A DNA stretch of 64,000 nt, from contig CAJFCJ010000002.1 of assembly GCA_904063045.1 (NCBI GenBank), forward strand, positions 1,820,422 through 1,884,421, written 5' to 3'. The stretch's first letter is position 1. Every line of letters begins with the position of its first letter. Positions 56,147 through 64,000 of this stretch are shown piece after piece. This stretch comes from Dimorphilus gyrociliatus. Its lineage: Eukaryota; Animalia; Annelida. Both the position numbers and the translations under genes were made by a program. Below the pieces are notes generated by a model, which saw only the letters and a program-made list of their open reading frames with translations, ran no database searches and had not been told where the DNA came from.

Positions 56147-59100
56147 ATGATTGCTGCTAAAGCAGGTATAATTTCTTTATTTCAAAAATTTTCGCTATTA
56201 CTTCTGGAATGTGCGTTCAGGCATTGACTATTTTGTTTGTTTATTCGTCGTTATCAAGCGTATCAGCTATATATTTTCTACCTAATTATACTAACGTTTG
56301 TTATGAATAACGTTGTTTTTCTGCTCATAAAAGGAACCTTTTAACATATTTCATGTCCGTGAATGCGACAATTTGAAAGACGTTTTAAAAGGCTTTTAGC
56401 TAAGAGAGGAGTTAAGATCTTAGGTGCCTTCATTCTAATTGTAAACTTAATTGTTTTACACCGGTAAATATTTGGGAAAAAGTAATACACGCCAAGCGAA
56501 GTAATGGAGTTTATTTACGTTTTGACAATCGCCTTTTCTCTGCCGGCCCGAATAAAATTCGGGCAAAAATAGGCATTCTTGTGGCTTTCAGTTAAAATCA
56601 CGGATATGTCTATAGGACTATTTCATAAAATTAATCTTTTTTTCAACTTATTGTAATGGAAAATATTTGTTTATTGTTATTGTTATATATTATCTATAGT
56701 TCAAGCCTATATTCTTGAAGTGATTGACCGTCATAGGCTGATGATCGGTTAAATAACGCAATTTTTTTTCGAGATCTCTAGAAATGAAAATATTTCTTCA
56801 AAATGCTCTAAGACGTAGTAAAAACAGTAGTAAGAGGCAAAGTCAGAAACAAGCTATAGCAGCCCGGTAGGGTGTGTTTCAAAAACTCAGCGTGCCTTTG
56901 CAGAAGTTGCTGCTTTGCAGATTTTTCACCTACTGCACTCGGTTAAGTATGCCATTTATAATGAGTCAGTTTGAAATTATCGCGTAGGTGTGTTCCCGCT
57001 GTATACTTCAGTAACATCACTATTTAATTACTCCGGCTATCTTAACATTCCTAACTAACGGAGAATAGTGACTAACGCCAGTATGAGGAATAGAGATATA
57101 GAAATTTCAGTATGAGAAACCATTATATAATCAAAATGTGTTATTGTATACTTTGAGCTCGATGTGGGAACATACACGACCGGTAAATGATTGTTTAATT
57201 GGTCTTTTTTCTCTGTTGTGTACAACTGTTAGTGTACTTGAACTCGCCTTTTATACAGTGCGTGGAAAAATTGTAATACTGTTCGAATATAACGAATACT
57301 TGTTAAAGCGAACAAAGTATATCTTTGTGCAGGCAAACCTAATTATTCCTATGTCTTTTTATAGCAACACCGACGCCGCCCTTAGAAATGCCGGCCGCTC
57401 TAGACGATCTGTTAAATGAATTGCTGGGCGAAAAAATCCTACATGAAGCGACAACGCGAACCACGACCCCGACCAGAACGACTATGTCGTGGACAAAAAC
57501 GCCCACCCACGGTGTTACTGTTACGAATAGAACATTCGTACCAACTTCTGAGAGCGAAACTATTTGCACAGAAGACAACACTGATGGACGTCATTCACAT
57601 ACAGTAGCGGAAAGATCGTGGTCTCAATCGGCACCTAATCATACGGCGGAGTCGTTAAGTACTAAAACAATGGAAACTTATTCGGATGGTGCTACTTGGG
57701 GTAGGAAGCATGTTCAAAGCACCACCAGAAAAGAGAAACAAACTCATTTCGCATCTAATTCGAGTTTTCAAGATGAACGATCGGCGTTATATAACGGCCT
57801 TTCGACTTCGGCCTCTTCGGCAAGGGAGAGATTTGCAACGTCAACATCTAGTAGGTCAAGAGAGGATTCCGATTCGCATAAATTATCTTTCGATGAGGAT
57901 TCTTTTACACATAGAAAATCAACGGACTCCTTTTCAAAGTTGAATGATTGTCTAAATTCTTCTTTTCAAGAAACTGAAAGGAGAAATCCTTATAATGTCC
58001 AGCTTTCCCCTACGTTAGCGAAGGATGCCAGGATATCGCCTATACTTTCGAAAGATTATAGAACGCCGTCGTCCAGGGAACGCGTTTTCTCTCCGAATAC
58101 GACGCAGAATGAATATTATCATAGAAAGGCGAATGCTAGTCAAACTCTATCCGGCGGATCTTACGCTTCTAGCAAGCTAGGCTTTCGTGTTGACTACGAC
58201 AATCCATATAAACCGATTGACAGAGGATATCAATCGGATTCAGAAACTTGGATAGAACAGCAAAGATCAAGAGTTGTACAACGAAGACAGGCCAAAACAC
58301 CTGACATTGAAGTATGGTCTAGAGAAACACCAAAGAAAAGATCATCAAGCGTTTCAGAATCAGCGGAAAAGTCTTACTGGGTTTCCGGTTTAGAGAGGCC
58401 TCCGTTTACAACGCATCAAACTAACTATACATTTTCGATTAAGTCATCTAAACCACCGGTGGCTGTTCCACCGGTTAGAACTCCTGCTAGTAGAGAAGCA
58501 GTTAAGAGGGCAATGATAAGAACAAGGCTGGAGACAACACCTCCGCCTCCACCACGACCGATTTCTCCTCGACATTATACACCTCCTCGTAGAAGCCCCA
58601 CGCCTCATAGCATTGTAGAGGAGCCAGTTTTGGCAGCTGAAAAGAAACCATTCGAAGAGCATTTCGAGTTAGAAGATGAAGTCATTGAAAATGAGCATAT
58701 AAGTTTGGTCCCTATTGGGGTTCATCCTCTAGAACCTGACACTAATTCGATGTGTACACTAGTGACACCGGGAGGAACCTTACTTAGAAAAGCTCCATCT
58801 TATCCTGGTTCTCCCATGACACCAGTTTCGTTTCGTAAGTATTTTAAATATTCCTAAAAGTTTAATTAATATTCTACGTGTAGACCGATATGTTAACTTC
58901 GGCGTGGCAAATATTTACGTTTAAATAATACTCCCCCAGGCAAATATTCAATGCATTTCATTTTCGCGGCTCTTTAACAATCTCCTTATTTGCTAACGGA
59001 TTTTTAAATGCATGACCAATCCTTGTATGATAGGAAACAATTTTTCCGATAGCGTTGGAATATTATGGTCAATTATGTATTCAATGGATCTTAGCACATA

Positions 59101-60506
59101 GTCTAAGAAGAATGTCAATTTATAAACAATTGAATTCCGTTTGCCTATTCATTATTTGTGTTTTCATGATTATATATCGTTGATTTATTCATGACGCAGA
59201 ATAATAGTATCCACTTAATTCTAAATTGAACATCTATCGTTTTCTAGTTACTACGCCAAGGGTGCTACAACAACAAAGCGTTACTAGCCCACAAGTGTCT
59301 ACATTTAAAGAGGAGCACCACCATACGGAACAGAAAACAGAGCAGAGAGTAGAACGGATCAATGGGATCGGAGAGACTTTCAGTGAACCAGCCGCTGAAC
59401 GTCCAGGAGAGCTTTATAGCGTGCCCTCAAATAGACACATAACTGCTGACACATCACCTCGACCCGTAAAAGCTATGGCTACTAGTAGCCCAATACCAGT
59501 TAGGAGAACCCCAGTGACTCCTATACAAAACGGAAATCTTCTATTTGAAAAGAATGAGGCGAGTTTAAATAATTCTGCTCCTCCCGTTAAGCGAGGTGGC
59601 TGGGATCAGGTTGACAGGCAAACTCCCGTAACGGAACCTCTTATAACTCCGACCAACAAGCAGAAGGCGGAGAGAGGTGTGACAATTAGTGATTTAAATG
59701 CTTCCTTTGAGTCTACTGCTTCTGGAATGGAGAGTTTACCTGCAAAGCTTGTACACGATACTTCAGCATCATGGTATAAACCTCATTTGTCTAGAGAAGA
59801 GGCTATTCAAACGCTTAAGTTGGCTCCACCCGGAAGCTTCATTGTGAGGGATTCAACTTCTTTCGCAGGTGCTTATGGATTAGCTGTTAAAGTTGCTCAG
59901 CTTCCTCCTGGGGTAACTCCTCGGCCAGGTGCTGACGCACAGAGCGAATTGGTCCGACACTTTTTGATTGAGCCGACGAAAAGCGGCGTCCGTCTAAAGG
60001 GTTGTGCGAATGAGCCAGTTTTCCCTTCCTTAACGGCTTTAGTTCATCAACACGCTCTTACCCCTTTGGCTCTTCCCTGCAAACTTCTTTTACCAGAATT
60101 AGAGACTAGGCCAACCCTTCTCGATCAGGGTTCAGCCTGCAATGTCCTTTATATCGCTTCGTTGAATATAGAAAGTTTAACGGGTGCTAAAGCAATATCT
60201 AAAGCAGTTAATCAGGCCTTGAATGGATCCCAACCCACAACCACTGCACATTTGAAAATTACAAATGGTGGAGTTACGTTGACAGATTTGGAACGTTCAG
60301 TTTTCTTCCGACGTCACATAAAGCCCGATCAAATTTTATTTGCTGGTCTAGATCCTGAAGGAAGATTCTGGAAAGGCTCCAATAGTACCATATTCGGAAT
60401 AGTAGCCCGAAAGGATAAAATGACGAACGTTTGCCACATTTTGGCTCAGATTGACGAGGCGGCATCTAGTATAGTCTCTTCCGTGTGTCACCTAATTAGT
60501 AACTAG
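56147..60506 (+). CDS. TNS: Tensin-like protein (SH2 + PTB) with a long disordered N-terminus
   Basis: SH2: WYKP.LSREEAI..LK..PPGSFIVRDS.SF.GAYGLAVKVA..P..ELVRHFLIE...GVRLKGC.NEP.F.SL.ALV.QH..TPLALPCKL. PTB: QG.ACNVLY..S...ESLTG..AI. Candidate exon 1 is MIAAKA (56147-56165); exons 57365-58836 and 59249-60506 follow. Confidence 0.88.
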
Positions 60507-61169
60507 TGCCATATATCCTGGTTGCGGTGTCTCGTTTTAATTTATTCTTTTCGCTTTTCTTTAAAAAAAAATAATGGCTTTTTATCTAGAAGCAATAATT
60601 TTCTCCGCCTAACAATCATTCTGTGAACGTAATAGTGAAACTTTTTACGAGTTTTGTTATTCGATTCGAATGTGCTGTAAAGGCTCTTTTTGCCGCGCAA
60701 TTCGATTAATGTAATAAGCTAACTATGCAAATTAATATTAATAATTGAATGCGAGTGCTGAACGAATGTAGAATTTTGCCAAATCGTATGGTTAACGTTA
60801 TCAAGCAGCTTTTTATTCTGGATGGTATAGTGTAAATAAACTTTAATATCATATACTTAATCAACGGTTTTTTTTACCCGAATATTATATAAATAGGTCT
60901 AAATTTTAGAAAAATAATCTTCCGTCTTGTCATAGAATACCGTAAATATTCTAATATAAACTAAGTTTCGTTCCTTTCCGACGTTGATTTCCCTCCTCTT
61001 GGAAGTCTACTAACTTTGTTGATTTAGTACTAGTTTATGCCCTCAATCTACCTTTTTTTATCATAACCAAGTAGGTATTAAGTTTACTTTTAATATTTAT
61101 TACTTAATTAAATTCTACATAAACTTTAAATATTCGATTTGTTATAGATTTTCTTAATATATATATCTA

Positions 61170-61195
61170 ATATATATATATATATATATATATAT
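61170..61195. repeat. (TA)n microsatellite
   Basis: About 13 TA units. Confidence 0.9.
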
Positions 61196-62372
61196 TACAC
61201 ATATTTGAATAAACTAAAAAAGACTTGTTTTTACTAAATTACAGGCCTACAACATAAAAGAAACCATATTTGTAAATAAAAACATAAAAATCTTTATCTT
61301 TTTTTCAAACTCTCTAATTATTCTAAATTAAACACATTGAAAATTTTCCATTAGATATATACAGATTTAACAATAATCCATTATACTGTAACTTTTGGCT
61401 AAATAGCTAATCCAAATATAAAGTGTCGCCCTCTATTTATTTTATTCTAATGGTCAATTAGCCCTCGGGCATTGGCAAAATGTAAACTGATTAAAAAACT
61501 TTTTCCTCAGCTTTAAAAGCTGTTTTATATACGGTTTATTGTAATAATAGTGTATATAAACTATATATATATATAAAATAATAGATCTTTTCGAGTAAAC
61601 AGTCATTCCAAACTGAAGGCACGTCTTGTTTCTCCTCTCCTATATACGCAGAATACGTGATAATTTTAACAATATAGAATAATAAACAAAAAAAAAACTA
61701 TTCCAAAAATTTATGTTTATTTTCTCTTTTCATTCGTCATTTTTTTACTTTTTTTTTTAGGCAGAAAGAAAGAAAATTTCCTAAATTCCTTTGAGAGCTA
61801 ACAGTCTTTTTTAAAATGAGAATTAGGGTGATTAGGTGGGGAAAAAAATCAATCTTTTTTTCTTCATCTGTCAGATTCTTTCCGTGCTTGATAGAAGTTT
61901 CCGATGGGGCGTAATGTTATTTGATAAATATTCCTTTCTCTCTTCCTCTTTACGATTAGAATTAGTTTATATTTATAGAACATGCTAGATTAGGTTGATT
62001 TCTATAGATAATACGGTTGTTGTATAGAGTTTGTTATTTCTTTAGGTTTTCAAGCGAACTTCATCTATTTAAGGAATCGTGTTTATTTTTAAATAGAGCG
62101 TGTTATTTTTAGAATTATCAATAACCTTTCTCGCACCTTCTGTTTAAGCATATAAATATATATATATAAAGTGTATATATTTCAAATACTTTATACAAAA
62201 GCAATATTAAAGAAGAAAACTTTTATTTATTTATTTTTTGTACATAAAAAAAGGAATATTTATTTATAAAAACTGGTTAAGTTGTTAATGTTTTGTATTT
62301 TACCATTTTGTGCAATTTTAAACGAAGTGTAGAGACCAAATTTCTCTGTCTTTACAATTTATTTCTGACGAA

Positions 62373-63726
62373 ATGGAAATTATTGTTGGAACATATGAAG
62401 AGTTATTATTAGCTTATAACTTGGTTGACTCTGATAAAGTAATAAAATCTCTTATAAATACTATACAATTATGTTGAAAGCGTATTTATCCATTTATCGC
62501 TCACAAACATGCTTCTTTTTTCTTAAAGGGTTTTACACTCCAGCAAAGTTTCACGAATCATAATCACACGGGCTGCATTAAATGCTTAAATGTATCAAAA
62601 AATGATATCCTCGTGTCCGGTAGTACAGATGAAACAATTCAATTAATAAACCTAAAATCTAGGAAAGAAACAGGATCTTTGATGGAGCATTCAGGTTTTT
62701 TATTAAATAATTCTTTAATTATAAATATTTCGTGAAAATAAACAAATCTTATTAATAAACACATAGGTACTGTTACTAGTCTAAACTCTTTCGACGATTA
62801 TCTCATTAGCTCCAGCGAAGATGGAAGCATTTGCATATGGGATGTGAAGTCTTGGCAGTGTTTAAAAACCTTAAAAAAACACAAGTATACTTCAATATAT
62901 AAAATTATTAGTATTAGAATAAAAAACTTATATTGTTATTTCTTACTATAGGAGTGCTGTTTTCGATGTAGCTATTCATCCTAGTGGCAAATTAGCTATT
63001 TCGTGCGGAAAAGACAACACATTACGAACATGGGATTTAACGAATGGAAAATGTGCTTTTGTTATTAATACTACAGCCGGTAAAATTAAGCAAATTAATC
63101 ATTATGATATAAAAAAAAACTATGAAAGAAGCTTTTTTTTACTTATTATAGCGTCTCTCAAATGGAACGAGACAGGGAAACACTATATAGCAATCACTGG
63201 AAATAAAATAGATACGTATGAAATGGAAACGGGGAAGAAAACAACAACTGAATTGTCCTATCCCATATGCAGTTCTCTGTTTATTTCGGTAACTTATTCA
63301 GTTTTTGTTATTATATAATAAAAATACCATTTGGATATTCTTTAGGAAACCGAACTTCTTGTTGGAGGGGAAGGAGGTCACTTAGAAATCATTGATCTTA
63401 TTTCGGGCGAAAAGCGATTATCTATAGACTCACAAATGAAAAGGTAAACAGTTTGTATAAAGAATATTGATCAATGATTATTTTCCTTTTTTTTTTTATT
63501 TAGGGTGAAATGTTTGACGTGCAGTTTAGTTCAAGAAGGACCTAATAATCCCTGGATAATAGCTGGCTCATCCGATGGTATGATAAAAATCTTTAGACTA
63601 GATAAAGAAGGATCAACTTGGAGCTCTTCACTGGTAGCCAAGCATGATACAAAATTTAGATTAACTTGTATAGCCATAAGAGAAACGGGTCCTGTGTCGT
63701 GTGAAAGTGATGATAGTACCGAATAG
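62373..63726 (+). CDS. PAK1IP1: p21-activated kinase-interacting protein 1 (Mak11/Skb15-like WD40 ribosome biogenesis factor)
   Basis: MEIIVGTYEE; FTNHNHTGCIKC; LVSGSTDETI; H.GTVTSL; AIHPSGKLAIS.GKD.TLRTW.L; IIAGSSDG.IK; RLTCI. Confidence 0.88.
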
Positions 63727-64000
63727 AATGCTGCAGTTATTATTATATAACCCTATAAAAAATTTTAAGTTTAACAACCTACTAAAGAATAAGATTGACA
63801 AAAACTTTGTACACATAAAAAAAAAATTAAAAACATTTTTTCTTACCAGCTGTAATAAATTCTTTATAGGCTTACTTGAATGTATTATTACATAGCTTAA
63901 TAAAACTTCTTAGTTCTTCTTGAATATTCAAATAAATAGAGAAAATAAAAGAAAATATTTCTAAAGACTAGGCATAATTTAATAAATATTTGGGATATTT

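Noticed and set aside
56546-56564. 8-bp hairpin GCCCGAAT-AAA-ATTCGGGC in tensin intron 1
   Set aside because: Too short for a pre-miRNA and does not extend; no supporting context.

Overview
AT-rich, very gene-dense animal genomic DNA with short (mostly 45-130 nt) spliceosomal introns. Gene content and compactness suggest a small-genome lophotrochozoan, such as the annelid Dimorphilus gyrociliatus; this is inference only. About 20 protein-coding genes can be assembled by hand. Recognisable ones are ILF2, ING4/5, DNAJB6, fascin, MRPL15, PSMC1, a PLP aminotransferase, Lgl, PIP5K1, a MEGF10/Draper-like receptor, a sigma-class GST, HYI, NDUFB11, a short tensin and PAK1IP1. Poorly characterised ones are a large multi-pass membrane protein, an orphan coiled-coil membrane protein, an Ig/FN3 receptor, a winged-helix + nucleoside-phosphorylase protein and a Cys-rich type I receptor. 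No tRNA, rRNA, transposon or CRISPR array was recognised. The strongest unexpected signals are in the splicing layer: a pair of duplicated 134-nt mutually exclusive exons, an alternative first exon and a cassette exon in PIP5K1; a U12-type intron in Lgl; and a cassette exon followed by tandem ACTAAC elements in DNAJB6. All exon models were built by eye from GT/AG sites and reading frame and need RNA-seq confirmation.
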